A stretch of 64,000 nt of DNA from Acetatifactor sp. Its GTDB lineage: Bacteria > Bacillota > Clostridia > Lachnospirales > Lachnospiraceae. Shown here one piece after another: positions 1 through 10,354 of this stretch. The DNA is taken from positions 19 to 64,018 of the forward strand of contig JAZODQ010000127.1 of NCBI GenBank assembly GCA_045597105.1, written 5' to 3'. Every line of letters starts with the position of its first letter. The stretch's first letter is position 1. The notes beneath the pieces were generated by a model, which made no database searches, was not told where the DNA came from, and saw only the letters and a program-made list of their open reading frames with translations. The position numbers and the translations under genes were made by a program.

Positions 1-626
1 TTGATGTCTGCCGGTGTATTAATCAGGTCTGTAACACCCTGTACTGACTGCTGGAGAACCTCATCTGCTTTTTTCAGAGCATCCGGAATGGTCGTTCTGC
101 GGTCAATAATCTGCAATAATTTATCATTGGGAATCACAATCAAAGTGTCCACATTCTCTTTAATACGCTCAATGCCGCTAAGCGCATTTACCATACGTGC
201 CTTTGCTTCAAAACGGAAAGGTTTGGTCACTACACCAACGGTAAGGATACCCATATCCTTAGCAATCTTAGCTACAACAGGTGCTGCACCGGTACCGGTA
301 CCGCCACCCATACCACAGGTTACAAATACCATATCCGCACCACTCAGTGCAGAAGAAATCTCTTCAATACTTTCCTCCGCTGCCTTTTCACCGATTTCAG
401 GCTTAGCGCCTGCACCAAGTCCCTTGGTCAGTTTCTCACCAATCTGAAGCAACTTAGGTGCCTTACAGAGTTGCAAAGCCTGCTTATCTGTATTCACACC
501 AATAAAGTCAACACCACAAATTTTCTCATCAATCATTCTATTTACAGCATTATTACCTGCACCGCCAACACCGACAACGATGATCTTTGCTGCAGATTCA
601 GCATCATTACTTCTAATTTCCAGCAA
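1..626 (-). CDS. ftsZ: Cell division protein FtsZ (5' part, runs off window edge)
   Basis: Manual translation from TTG at 626 after SD AGGAGG: [31 protein letters not shown]...GMGGGTGTG tubulin signature. Not in ORF track because it is truncated. Confidence 0.97.
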   Translation of the reverse strand, partial: MLEIRSNDAESAAKIIVVGVGGAGNNAVNRMIDEKICGVDFIGVNTDKQALQLCKAPKLLQIGEKLTKGLGAGAKPEIGEKAAEESIEEISSALSGADMVFVTCGMGGGTGTGAAPVVAKIAKDMGILTVGVVTKPFRFEAKARMVNALSGIERIKENVDTLIVIPNDKLLQIIDRRTTIPDALKKADEVLQQSVQGVTDLINTPADI

Positions 627-708
627 GGTTTTATCCTCCTTCTCCTTCTGTCATATCCGTGTAACTCAGAAAAACGCACAAATTCCACGAATAAACTCCA
701 CATACACT

Positions 709-737
709 ATCATATAATTATTTGATAAATTAATCAA
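709..737 (-). promoter_or_regulatory. SigA-type promoter for ftsZ
   Basis: TTGATT-N17-TATGAT on minus strand upstream of ftsZ. Confidence 0.6.
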
Positions 738-785
738 CCTATTTTTTACAATTTTAAATAATAAAATTGATATTTTCCTTATGCC

Positions 786-1520
786 CTAATCAGGTTTAAA
801 AGTATATCTGCCCTTTTCGGAATTATTCGCATGCATTTGCAACGTTCCGCTCTTTCCCTCAAGGTCTTTCAGGAACCCGGGAAGCAGCATAAAATGGTCT
901 TCCAGATTCATACTTTCATTATCCAGCGCCACTTTGATATCTCCGAAATAAACAGTGATTTCCCCATCGGAATGAAAGAAAATCTTATCCGTTACCAATT
1001 CATATTTATTAATCAGCTTTGTGAGATTCAAAATACGTTCAAAGATATGCGGATCCTCCACCGGAAGAGGTTGTCCCAAAACTGCACTGTCAAAACTGAT
1101 GCCTGTTATCTGGGGAATGCCCTCGGTTTTTACGCTGGAACACTCCACCACATAGCCGTCCTTGTCAAAATACATATACGTATCCATGTACTTTACATAA
1201 CCGGCCAGTGCCTTCTCATATACAGTGATCCTTATGGTATCAGGTGATACACTGCTTACATCCAGCACGTCTACGAAGGGAATGTTCTCCACTGTTTTGT
1301 TCTTATATTTCATACTTAAATACAAGGAATTGACACCTAACGGACCGTCCATAACCATAGCCCTTATTTCTTCCTCGGTGTAGTGATAATTACCTTCCAC
1401 ATATACAGTCTGCACCTTATAGGTATCCCAAAACCATTTCACACCAAACAGTCCCAGAAGCACCAGGAGCAATACTATGCCCAACAATATAAAAATAGTT
1501 TTTCCTCTGTTTTTAAACAC
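786..1520 (-). CDS. ftsQ: Cell division protein FtsQ/DivIB
   Basis: N-terminal TM helix, POTRA-like VxVEGNxxYTEEEI and ITVYEK; position upstream of ftsZ. Confidence 0.85.
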   Translation of the reverse strand: MFKNRGKTIFILLGIVLLLVLLGLFGVKWFWDTYKVQTVYVEGNYHYTEEEIRAMVMDGPLGVNSLYLSMKYKNKTVENIPFVDVLDVSSVSPDTIRITVYEKALAGYVKYMDTYMYFDKDGYVVECSSVKTEGIPQITGISFDSAVLGQPLPVEDPHIFERILNLTKLINKYELVTDKIFFHSDGEITVYFGDIKVALDNESMNLEDHFMLLPGFLKDLEGKSGTLQMHANNSEKGRYTFKPD

Positions 1521-2766
1521 TGACGATTCTCGCTCCTAACTCTTGCAAATCCCGACAGATATTTTCATATCCCCGGTATATATATCGGGTACCATAAATT
1601 TCAGTAGTGCCTTCTGCAATCAGGGATGCCACCACCAGTGCAGCGCCGCCTCTCAGTTCCTCCGCTTCCACGCAGGCTCCATGCAGTCCGCTACGTCCGT
1701 GCACCAGTGCCCTATGGTCGTCCGGCAAGCAAATATCCGCTCCCATTCTGCATAAGGACTGTACTACCCGAAATCGATTTTCAAATATATTTTCTTCCAC
1801 AACGCATATGCCGTTATTCCGGCTCAATACAGCAAGTGCCACCGATTGTAAATCTGTAGGGAATCCCGGATATACGGCCGTTGTAAGTCCGGGAAGGCAT
1901 GGTCTCTTGCCCAGACTCTGCACGAACAGTCCTTCTTCAGACAGGTCGCAAAATGCTCCCATCTGCTCTGCAACATGTATCACCGCAGACATCTGGGATA
2001 CCGGTGCTTTTTCCAAAAAGCAGGCGCCGCCTGCACCTACACAGGCAAACAGATAGGTTCCCGCTACGATTCTGTCACCATCCACCCGGAAGTTAGTGCC
2101 ATGTAGTCTGCCTCCTCCCTGTATCAACACTTTTGACGTACCGGCGCCTGTTATACGTGCACCACACTGTATCAGATAATTACAAAGTGCTACTATTTCC
2201 GGCTCTCTGGCGGCACCGCTTATCACAGTATCACCCTGAGCCGTCACCGCAGCCATAATAATATTTTCCGTCACTCCCACACTGGGAAAAGACAAATCTA
2301 TCAACGCCCCATGCAAATTCTTTGCAGTGGCATGCAACATAGTTCCTTTTTGACTAAAGCAGACCCCCATCCGGCGTAATGCATCCAGATGCATATCTAT
2401 GGGACGTTCTCCAATCACACAGCCTCCCGGATAGTCCAGCGTAATTTCCCGGCACCGGCCGATTAGCGCTCCTAACAAAAATACCGAGGACCGCATCTGC
2501 TGTACCGCTTCTTTCGGCAAGCTATTTAGACGGACACAGGCGGAATCTACTCTGAGGCCGTCATTTTCCCAATTCACTCTGCAACCCAGACATCTGAGCA
2601 GTCTCTCCATATGATATACATCCGTTATCTTCGGACAATATCCTATATAGGATTCGTCTCCTGTCAATAATGTTGCTGCAAGAATGGGTAATGCCCCATT
2701 CTTCGACCCTTGTATACGCACTTTTCCCCGAAGCGGTACGCCGCCCTGCACCTGTATACACTTCAT
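1513..2766 (-). CDS. murA: UDP-N-acetylglucosamine 1-carboxyvinyltransferase
   Basis: GSKNGALPILAA, PGGCVIGERPIDMH (Cys loop), YPGFPTDLQ; start moved to MKCIQVQGG behind a GGAG SD. Confidence 0.93.
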   Translation of the reverse strand: MKCIQVQGGVPLRGKVRIQGSKNGALPILAATLLTGDESYIGYCPKITDVYHMERLLRCLGCRVNWENDGLRVDSACVRLNSLPKEAVQQMRSSVFLLGALIGRCREITLDYPGGCVIGERPIDMHLDALRRMGVCFSQKGTMLHATAKNLHGALIDLSFPSVGVTENIIMAAVTAQGDTVISGAAREPEIVALCNYLIQCGARITGAGTSKVLIQGGGRLHGTNFRVDGDRIVAGTYLFACVGAGGACFLEKAPVSQMSAVIHVAEQMGAFCDLSEEGLFVQSLGKRPCLPGLTTAVYPGFPTDLQSVALAVLSRNNGICVVEENIFENRFRVVQSLCRMGADICLPDDHRALVHGRSGLHGACVEAEELRGGAALVVASLIAEGTTEIYGTRYIYRGYENICRDLQELGARIVSV

Positions 2767-2796
2767 CTGCTTCTCCGGAAAACATTTACTCGTGTT

Positions 2797-2824
2797 TATT
2801 CTATGAAAATAAATACTTTCCGTG
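2797..2824 (-). promoter_or_regulatory. Putative SigK-type promoter for murA
   Basis: cAC-N16-CATAgaaTA. Confidence 0.4.
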
Positions 2825-2855
2825 CCTGGCACCGCAGGGATTTATGGATTCTGAT

Positions 2856-4022
2856 TTATATCATTTCCTTTTTCAAAATCTTGCCGGATACACCGAACAC
2901 AATACCCATCTCTGCAAGAAGGAATACCACGGAAGATCCACCGTAACTGATAAAGGGTAGTGAAACACCCGTATTGGGGATGGTATTGGTAACAACCGCA
3001 ATATTTAATATTGCCTGCACTGCAATATGGGCCATTACACCCGTAACCAGCAAAGCACTGAAATTATCCCTTGCATTGGTGGCAATACGCATCATTCTCC
3101 ACAGTAACATGATAAACAGTATCATCACTGCTCCGCCGCCAAAAAGTCCCAGCTCCTCACAGATAATGGAGAAAATCATATCATTCTGCGCCTCAGGTAC
3201 AAAATCCATTTTCTGGATACTTTCACCCAGACCTTTTCCCCAAACACCGCCACTACCGATGGCATAAAGTCCCTGAACAGTCTGAAAACCCGTTCCCTGG
3301 GAATCTGCCTCCGGATTCAGCCAGGCTACAATACGGCCAAATCGGAAATTACCCTCTCCACCGGAATTGACTGCCAGGGCAATAACCAGTGCTGCAGCGC
3401 CCGCGGCAGATGCCGCCATTACCACATATCGCATAAAGGTAGGACTGGATATAAAAATCATAACCCATGCGATGGCTACCACAATAATCGCTGAGCTCAG
3501 ATTTCTGGTTACAAAAAAGATTTCTGCGGCAAGAGGCAGGGGCACTGCCATCATAAAAAACCAAGGCCCCCATTTTTTTACATTGCCTTTCATATTACTG
3601 AGTAATAGTGCACACACTAAAATGACACTGATTTTGGCTACTTCTGCAGGCTGCAAATTAAACCCGATTCCCGGAATGGCAATCCAACGCCTTGCTCCAT
3701 GAGACTCTACTCCCAGCGGAGTCAATACCAGCAAAATCAGAACCGCTGATACTACATAGCTGCCATATGCCACATAGCGTAAAAGCACCTGGGGAATCTT
3801 TCCGGCAATCACCATACCAACCAGTCCCACACCCACTGCAACCAACTGCTTTTTAAAATAAAAAGCCGCGTCGCCAAACTCCTGAAAGGCTTCATACGAA
3901 CTGGCCGAATAGATCATAACCATGCCGAAAACCAGTAAAAATAACAGCAAAAACAAAAGACTATAATCAAAAAAATATTCATTTTTTTCTTTTCTTCGGT
4001 TTCTTACATTCTGTGTTGCCAT
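2856..4022 (-). CDS. ftsW: SEDS family protein FtsW/SpoVE
   Basis: Multi-TM; GARRWI, QPAEVAK, PEAQNDMIFSIICEELG, LPFISYGGSS motifs. Confidence 0.92.
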   Translation of the reverse strand: MATQNVRNRRKEKNEYFFDYSLLFLLLFLLVFGMVMIYSASSYEAFQEFGDAAFYFKKQLVAVGVGLVGMVIAGKIPQVLLRYVAYGSYVVSAVLILLVLTPLGVESHGARRWIAIPGIGFNLQPAEVAKISVILVCALLLSNMKGNVKKWGPWFFMMAVPLPLAAEIFFVTRNLSSAIIVVAIAWVMIFISSPTFMRYVVMAASAAGAAALVIALAVNSGGEGNFRFGRIVAWLNPEADSQGTGFQTVQGLYAIGSGGVWGKGLGESIQKMDFVPEAQNDMIFSIICEELGLFGGGAVMILFIMLLWRMMRIATNARDNFSALLVTGVMAHIAVQAILNIAVVTNTIPNTGVSLPFISYGGSSVVFLLAEMGIVFGVSGKILKKEMI

Positions 4023-4041
4023 AAACACTCCTCCAAAGTCT

Positions 4042-5775
4042 TTATTGATTATACTCCTTTATACCCAAATACGGAAGAATATTTTCGAAAAGCTGCCTGA
4101 CAATGGGCGCTGCCACCTGTCCTCCGTAATATACTCCCTGCGGATTATTCACGATTGCAATCGCCATTACCTGCGGGTCATCCGCCGGTGCAAATCCCAG
4201 AAAAGAAGCAATATATCTGCCACTTCCTCGGGGAAGTGTCTGACTGGTTGCAGTTTTGCCGCCTACCAGATAGCCTTCCACTTTACCGTTTTTACCGGTC
4301 CCTTCGCTGACCACCTGCTCCAATATACCACGCAGCGTTTCTGAGGTCTCCTCCGACAAAATGCGTTCGCCCTGCTTTGCATTTAACTGTAAGGTACCGG
4401 TCTCTTCATTTACCACCTTTACACCGATATGAGGAGTGACGCGTACACCGCCATTAACCAGGGAGGCCGCTGTAGCCAGCATCTGCACCGGTGTTATCTG
4501 GAAAGACTGGCCAAAGGCAACTGTAGCCAATTCCACATTACCCATGTTTTCCTTGGCATGCATAATCGTACCGGCTTCTCCCGGCAAATCAATTCCGGTC
4601 TTGTTCATTAACCCGAACTGTTTAAAATATTCATAATATCTGTCCACACCCAAAGACAATCCCACGTTAATAAACACAGGGTTACAGGAATTCATGGTTC
4701 CCAATACAAAATCTTCGGAACCGTGTCCCTGGGTCTTGTGACATCGTATTTTTCTGTCATCAACAACAATGTAACCCGGGCAATAGAACTGAGAATCACA
4801 GGTAACCACACCTGTCTCCAATCCGGCTGCTGCAGTAATAATCTTAAACACAGACCCTGGCTCATAAGTATCGTTGATGCAGCTGTTACGCCAAATACCA
4901 TTCAATATATTCTGCTGCTCCGCCGAAGTCAATGCAGTTGCATCCATCCCTTCCGGCAGTGCGTATGGCTTGTTCAAATCATATTCCGGTACATCTGCCA
5001 TGGCCATAATCTCACCGTTTTGCGGATTCATCACAATGATGGACACGCTGTCTGCCTGCTTGCTTTCCATTACCTGATAGGCAAGCTGGGTAGCGTAAGA
5101 CTGGATATTGATGTCCAGACTGGTGCATAGGTTACTGCCACTGACAGGTTCAACCCTACGCTCACTAATGCCCTCTATTTCCAGACCTTTCGCATCCGTT
5201 ACAGTCAAAATCGTTCCCGGCTCTCCCTGCAGATAGTCGTCATACTTGACTTCAAGTCCCAGAATTCCCTGATTATCACTTCCGGTAAATCCGAGCACCT
5301 TACTGGCAAGACTTCCATAGGGGTAATATCTTTTGTAATCCTCATCCACCTTTACACCATCCAGTTTGAGGGCTCGGATTTCATCCCCTATTTCGATGTC
5401 CACATTACTTTTAATTCGTTCCATGGAAGAATATTTCTCCACCCGCTTACGGACATATTCCTCCGACAGCTCCAACTGCTGACAGAGGGCCGCTATCACA
5501 CCCTCCGGGTCAGTTATCTGACTATGTACCACTGAAATAGTGCAAACGGACCGGTTACTGGCTAGTACTTTTCCGTTCCGGTCCAAAATTAATCCTCTGT
5601 CTGCTTTAATACTTCGCTCACGTTCATGTAAGTCTGTAGCCCTTTCACTGTAATATGCACTCTCCCAGACCATAATATAAGTCAGTCTTGCAAAGAGCAC
5701 TACAAAGGCTGTAAAACAAAACAGAAAAAAGGTTAACAGATTGCGACGATGATATACTTTATTTTGAAACAGCAT
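4042..5775 (-). CDS. spoVD: Class B penicillin-binding protein, SpoVD-like
   Basis: RGLILDRNG, YEPGSVFK, SCN, KTATSQ; second class B PBP of the dcw cluster. Confidence 0.8.
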   Translation of the reverse strand: MLFQNKVYHRRNLLTFFLFCFTAFVVLFARLTYIMVWESAYYSERATDLHERERSIKADRGLILDRNGKVLASNRSVCTISVVHSQITDPEGVIAALCQQLELSEEYVRKRVEKYSSMERIKSNVDIEIGDEIRALKLDGVKVDEDYKRYYPYGSLASKVLGFTGSDNQGILGLEVKYDDYLQGEPGTILTVTDAKGLEIEGISERRVEPVSGSNLCTSLDINIQSYATQLAYQVMESKQADSVSIIVMNPQNGEIMAMADVPEYDLNKPYALPEGMDATALTSAEQQNILNGIWRNSCINDTYEPGSVFKIITAAAGLETGVVTCDSQFYCPGYIVVDDRKIRCHKTQGHGSEDFVLGTMNSCNPVFINVGLSLGVDRYYEYFKQFGLMNKTGIDLPGEAGTIMHAKENMGNVELATVAFGQSFQITPVQMLATAASLVNGGVRVTPHIGVKVVNEETGTLQLNAKQGERILSEETSETLRGILEQVVSEGTGKNGKVEGYLVGGKTATSQTLPRGSGRYIASFLGFAPADDPQVMAIAIVNNPQGVYYGGQVAAPIVRQLFENILPYLGIKEYNQ

Positions 5776-5803
5776 AACATTCCCCATCAATTACTCTTGT
5801 TAT

Positions 5804-5832
5804 ACTGTATTCCTTCTTTGGTTTTCTTATTC
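5804..5832 (-). promoter_or_regulatory. Putative SigE-type promoter for spoVD
   Basis: gaATA-N16-AATAcagT immediately upstream of the spoVD-like gene. Confidence 0.3.
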
Positions 5833-8049
5833 ACTGATAGGGTCGATACGGCCTGAAATAGGGTCCCCTGTTTCTGCGTCAATCAATTCACCCGTATCAG
5901 GATCTTTTCTGTGTCCGGTAGCAGGATCAATGGGGAAGGTCATCCACACAGGCACTGTATTCACAGCCGCTTCGGTATCTTCCTCTTTCTCCTCCTCTTC
6001 GATTTGTTCCAATTCCTCTTCTTCCGGCTTTACATTATACTTATTGGTATTTTCAAGCTGCAATGCTTCTAATTCCTGTATCTCCTTCTCTGATAATTCT
6101 TCCGTCATGTAGATATTCAGATAAGGTAATACTTCCGTTAAAATACTGCGCACAATACGGGTTGCAAACTTTGCATCATCCTGCTTTGCTGCATTGGCGC
6201 GATCCACCACTACATAAATAGCTATTTCAGGATCATCTGCCGGAGCATGACCGATAAAGGAAACCACATACTCACCATTCCCTCTGGGGATGGTCTGTGC
6301 CGTTCCTGTCTTGCCACCGATGGCATATCCTGCGGGACGTGCTGTCTTACCGGTAATACGACTGTCATTCTCCTTCATAACTACTGCATTACAATAGGAA
6401 CGGATCAAATCAGAGGTCTCCTGGGAAATCACTTGTTTTAACAGTCTGGGTTCAATATTTTGAACTGTAGCACCCTCTGCATTACTGATTCTGTCCACCA
6501 TATGAGGCTCATAATAATAACCGCCGTTAACCAGCGCACAATAACCTGTAATCACCTGTACCATAGTGGTATTGAAATTCTGGCCGAAGGTATTGGTGGC
6601 CAGATCCGCAGACTTCATTTCCTCCGCCTTATATATCAGTGTGTCCGTTCTGGCCTCTCCTGCCAAATCTACATTAGTCTTTAAGCCAAAATTAAACAAT
6701 TCCTGAAAATCACTAAAGGTTTCCGCTCCAAGAGCCTGTCCCATCTTCATAAGTGCCACGTTACAGGACCAGGCAATGGCATCACGTACTGTTACATCAC
6801 CGTCACCGTAAACATTATGACACTTGATGGTATGCCCACCGATTTCCAGATTTCCGTTACATACGAATACCGTATTATTATTAATCACTCCGCTTTCCAG
6901 AGCCGCAGCTGCCGTAAAAGGCTTCGCGGTGGATCCGGGCTCATAAGTCTGTGTAATACAGAAATTCTTCCATAAGGCATGTAAATTGGTATAGAGCTGT
7001 TCCTCTGTCAAACTTGCAAGTACAGTCTCATCAATGATGGTATCTGTTTTATGTACCTCTATATAGCCTGCCGCATTCACAACCTCTTCTACCAGATTGG
7101 AACCAATCAGACTATTACCGTTTCTGGAATCATTCAGGTCAAAGGTAGGATAACTGCCCATACCCAGTATTCTGCCCGTATCCACCTCCATGATGACACA
7201 ACCCACATTTTCCGCACCGTTCCCTTTACGGTGACTGTCTTTGTAAGTTTCATTAAATGCCTTCAGGTGCTTTTCGATGATACTCTGAATATTTACATCG
7301 ATGGTGCTGTGAATGGTATTTCCGTTCACGGCTTCCTTAATGGTTCTTTGCAGGGTTTCATCCTCACTTAAGTAACCGTAAGAACGACCGTCTATACCGT
7401 TTAACTGCTCATTATAATACTCTTCCAGTCCGTAGCTGCCTACATTCTGTGTATTGGAAAATCCGATTACATCCGCAGCCAATGAACCATTGGGGTATAC
7501 GCGTTTATATTCCTCTTCAAACCACACACCCTTAATTTTACTGTTCTCTTCTCTTTCCAGTTCAAAGCCCAGCTTGTCCTCATAGCTTAGTCTTCGCAAA
7601 GCGATGTAGTAAGAAGAATTGGGATTGCTGATCACATGCTCCCTGATTTTCTGAATATCAATATCAAAATGCTTATCCAGTGCACTTAAAGTAGGTTCCA
7701 AATAATCCTCTTTATCCAGCATAATCTTGGCATCAATAATCAGATTATATACCTTTTCACTGACAGCCAGTGTCACACCATTGGAATCTACGATAGCACC
7801 TCGCTTATAGGGAATGGTAGTGGAATCATATCTCTGCTGGGAATAAACCTGCTTCTGGTACTCCGCTCCGTTTTCCCTGGTAATATATAACATCCTGACC
7901 ATTAACCCGGCAAAAGCCAGTAGTATTATTACAAAAAATACCACCAGCTTTTTACGTATCGCACTTCTTACTTTTGTCTTTTTTCTTTTCTTCTTGTTCG
8001 TACCATTGTTCTGAATGGATTCGTTATCATTTCGTCTCACCAAAATCAC
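5827..8049 (-). CDS. ftsI: Class B penicillin-binding protein (FtsI/PBP2b)
   Basis: KRGAIVDSNG, YEPGSTAK, SCN, KTGTAQ; follows ftsL. Confidence 0.8.
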   Translation of the reverse strand: MILVRRNDNESIQNNGTNKKKRKKTKVRSAIRKKLVVFFVIILLAFAGLMVRMLYITRENGAEYQKQVYSQQRYDSTTIPYKRGAIVDSNGVTLAVSEKVYNLIIDAKIMLDKEDYLEPTLSALDKHFDIDIQKIREHVISNPNSSYYIALRRLSYEDKLGFELEREENSKIKGVWFEEEYKRVYPNGSLAADVIGFSNTQNVGSYGLEEYYNEQLNGIDGRSYGYLSEDETLQRTIKEAVNGNTIHSTIDVNIQSIIEKHLKAFNETYKDSHRKGNGAENVGCVIMEVDTGRILGMGSYPTFDLNDSRNGNSLIGSNLVEEVVNAAGYIEVHKTDTIIDETVLASLTEEQLYTNLHALWKNFCITQTYEPGSTAKPFTAAAALESGVINNNTVFVCNGNLEIGGHTIKCHNVYGDGDVTVRDAIAWSCNVALMKMGQALGAETFSDFQELFNFGLKTNVDLAGEARTDTLIYKAEEMKSADLATNTFGQNFNTTMVQVITGYCALVNGGYYYEPHMVDRISNAEGATVQNIEPRLLKQVISQETSDLIRSYCNAVVMKENDSRITGKTARPAGYAIGGKTGTAQTIPRGNGEYVVSFIGHAPADDPEIAIYVVVDRANAAKQDDAKFATRIVRSILTEVLPYLNIYMTEELSEKEIQELEALQLENTNKYNVKPEEEELEQIEEEEKEEDTEAAVNTVPVWMTFPIDPATGHRKDPDTGELIDAETGDPISGRIDPISE

Positions 8050-8080
8050 CGTGCCTTCCTACCTGCTCTCAGTTCAGATA

Positions 8081-8569
8081 CTACTCCGCTCCCCGCATGT
8101 AGTCCTGTTCCACTCCGGAATAGGTGATAATCTGTCCCTCCTGTGCATAGATCATGCCAAGTTCACCTATTGCTATGCGCTTGATTTCCTCCAGATCTAT
8201 ACTATTCTGAATTCTGCTGTAGGTATCATTATTCATACTTCTTAAATTGCTGATTTCTGCTTCCAGACTTGCCACTGTCTCAATGGTATTGGTCAATTCT
8301 GAACGCAGCTGTATGTAGTTTACCAGAATCAGTGCACATATTGCAAGCGCTGCAAGCATAACCATAGTATGGAACACACTCATGGTAGCATGCGCCTTTG
8401 CCGGCCGCTGTTTGGGTTTGCTCTCCACCTTTCTGCGGGGCGCTTCATAAGGCTGTGCTTCATTTAACTTACGTATTGTATTACCATATACATAAGCATT
8501 ACGGGATGCCTGTACACTGTTTCCTCTGTTTCTGTTGTTATTTACCTGATTTGTTCGATTTACTGCCAT
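8081..8569 (-). CDS. ftsL: Cell division protein FtsL-like
   Basis: Single TM plus coiled coil, IKRIAIGELGM; between rsmH and PBP. Confidence 0.75.
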   Translation of the reverse strand: MAVNRTNQVNNNRNRGNSVQASRNAYVYGNTIRKLNEAQPYEAPRRKVESKPKQRPAKAHATMSVFHTMVMLAALAICALILVNYIQLRSELTNTIETVASLEAEISNLRSMNNDTYSRIQNSIDLEEIKRIAIGELGMIYAQEGQIITYSGVEQDYMRGAE

Positions 8570-8629
8570 GTGAACACCTCATGCCTTTCTTACTAAACAC
8601 CCGTAAATTTTACTTTCTTTCGGGTGGAC

Positions 8630-9559
8630 TTACACTTTTTCAAATACTCGCAGTTTCGCGCTTTTGGATCTGCTGTTTATCTCCAGTTCCTCGCTACCCG
8701 GCAAAATCGGTTTTCTGCCAATGACCTTACCCTTGGACTGCTGACCGCATACACACACCGGAAATTCAGGCGGGCATGTACAAGGGTTTTCATTTTTCTT
8801 AAATGCATTTTTTACAATTCTGTCTTCCAACGAATGAAAGGTTATGATACAAAATCTTCCGCCGGGATTCAGCATATCTATGAAGCTGTCCAGGGAATTA
8901 CGTAAAACCTCTAATTCACTATTGCACTCTATCCGAATAGCCTGAAAGGTCTGCTTGGAAGGATGACCGTTCTGACGCATCTTGGCAGGAATAGCCGCCT
9001 TGATAATCTCATTGAGCTCAAAGGTAGTCTCAATAGGTTTTTCCTCCCTTGCCCTGACTATATGCTTCGCAATGTTTTTTGCAAATTTATCCTCACCATA
9101 ATCTCTGATAATCCGAAACAATTCCTGCTCTGAATATCCGTTTACAATATCACGGGCTGTGAGTCCCTGACGTCTGTCCATTCTCATATCCAGAGGTGCG
9201 TCGAAACGATAGGAAAAACCTCTGTCTTCCGTATCCAGCTGGTAGGAGGAGACACCCAGATCCAGCACAATGCCATCCACACCGTTCACGCCCTGCTGGG
9301 CAAGTGCACCTTTCGCATTGCAATAATTATTTCTGATAATCGTAACCTTGTCCTCATGCTCTTTCAGCCGCTCTCCCGCTGCCGCGATCGCTGCATCATC
9401 CTGATCAAAACCATATAAATGGCCAGATGTAAGTCTCTTTACAATCTCCAAAGAATGGCCTCCGCCGCCCAGGGTACCGTCTACATAGATGCCATCGGGT
9501 TTAATATTCAGTTCGGTAATTGTTTCATTCAGCAATACTGAATAGTGATTAAATTCCAC
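8630..9559 (-). CDS. rsmH: 16S rRNA m4C1402 methyltransferase RsmH
   Basis: [45 protein letters not shown]. Confidence 0.97.
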   Translation of the reverse strand: MEFNHYSVLLNETITELNIKPDGIYVDGTLGGGGHSLEIVKRLTSGHLYGFDQDDAAIAAAGERLKEHEDKVTIIRNNYCNAKGALAQQGVNGVDGIVLDLGVSSYQLDTEDRGFSYRFDAPLDMRMDRRQGLTARDIVNGYSEQELFRIIRDYGEDKFAKNIAKHIVRAREEKPIETTFELNEIIKAAIPAKMRQNGHPSKQTFQAIRIECNSELEVLRNSLDSFIDMLNPGGRFCIITFHSLEDRIVKNAFKKNENPCTCPPEFPVCVCGQQSKGKVIGRKPILPGSEELEINSRSKSAKLRVFEKV

Positions 9560-9610
9560 CGTGGCATCCTTTCTGCATGCAGTACTAACTCTATGTTGTA
9601 TCCTTCATGC

Positions 9611-10045
9611 TTATATGCTTAAGCCTAATTTCTCCAATGTGAGAGCAATCTCATCCAGGTCTTCACCCATGCTGACAGCTTCCCATTTGTCCTTACTCCA
9701 GATTTCCACGCGGTTACCCACGCCCACCAGAACTACGTCCTTATCTAGCGCTGCCGCCTCTCTAAGCTTTACCGGCAGTAAGATTCTGCCCTGCTTATCC
9801 AGCTCCACCACTGCCGCACCGGACAGAAAGTAACGGGAGAAAAATCTGGATTCCTTACTGGTTAATTGCGGAAGATCAATGAGTTTCTTTTCAAACAGTG
9901 CCCACTCATCCTGTGAGTACACAAATAAGCAGCCATCCATACCCTTCGCAACAACGAATTCCTCACCAAGTGCTTCCCGGAATTTTGCGGGTATGATCAA
10001 CCTGCCTTTCGCATCCACCGTATGATTGTATTCACCCATGAACAT
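9611..10045 (-). CDS. mraZ: Transcriptional regulator MraZ
   Basis: MFMGEYNHTVDAKGRLIIPAKFR, DKQGRILLP. Confidence 0.97.
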   Translation of the reverse strand: MFMGEYNHTVDAKGRLIIPAKFREALGEEFVVAKGMDGCLFVYSQDEWALFEKKLIDLPQLTSKESRFFSRYFLSGAAVVELDKQGRILLPVKLREAAALDKDVVLVGVGNRVEIWSKDKWEAVSMGEDLDEIALTLEKLGLSI

Positions 10046-10098
10046 CACAATCACCACCAATCGAGTGGTCAAAAAAGAAAGGCATTTTGATGTATTTT

Positions 10099-10140
10099 TG
10101 CCCCACTTTGTGACACCTTGTCACCACTTTCTCCCACTTT
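10099..10140 (-). promoter_or_regulatory. MraZ-binding direct repeats
   Basis: aaaGTGGGAG aaaGTGGTGA caaGGTGTCA caaaGTGGGG at ~10-bp period between promoter and mraZ. Confidence 0.75.
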
Positions 10141-10147
10141 TGAACTC

Positions 10148-10176
10148 ATTTTAATACAATTTTGGGATTTTGACAA
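10148..10176 (-). promoter_or_regulatory. SigA-type promoter of the dcw operon
   Basis: TTGTCA-N17-TAAAAT. Confidence 0.65.
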
Positions 10177-10211
10177 GTGCCCATCATCGTTGCAAAAGCC
10201 CGGCAAAACAC

Positions 10212-10242
10212 AAAAAAAGACCCTGCAGTTGCCTGCAGGGCC
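10212..10242 (-). terminator. Intrinsic terminator downstream of lgt
   Basis: GGCCCTGCAG-GCAA-CTGCAGGGTC followed by T7. Confidence 0.8.
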
Positions 10243-10354
10243 ATCCAAACCACAATATATTGTATATAGTACCATATTCCTATACATCTTATGTGATTGC
10301 GCGATATTTGTAATTTTTTAAAAAATTTTTAATTTTTTTTTATTTTTTTGGGTA

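Noticed and set aside
1-447. 148-aa plus-strand ORF
   Set aside because: Antisense shadow of ftsZ.
10069-10287. 72-aa minus-strand ORF upstream of mraZ
   Set aside because: Runs through a terminator, the dcw promoter and the MraZ boxes; no SD.
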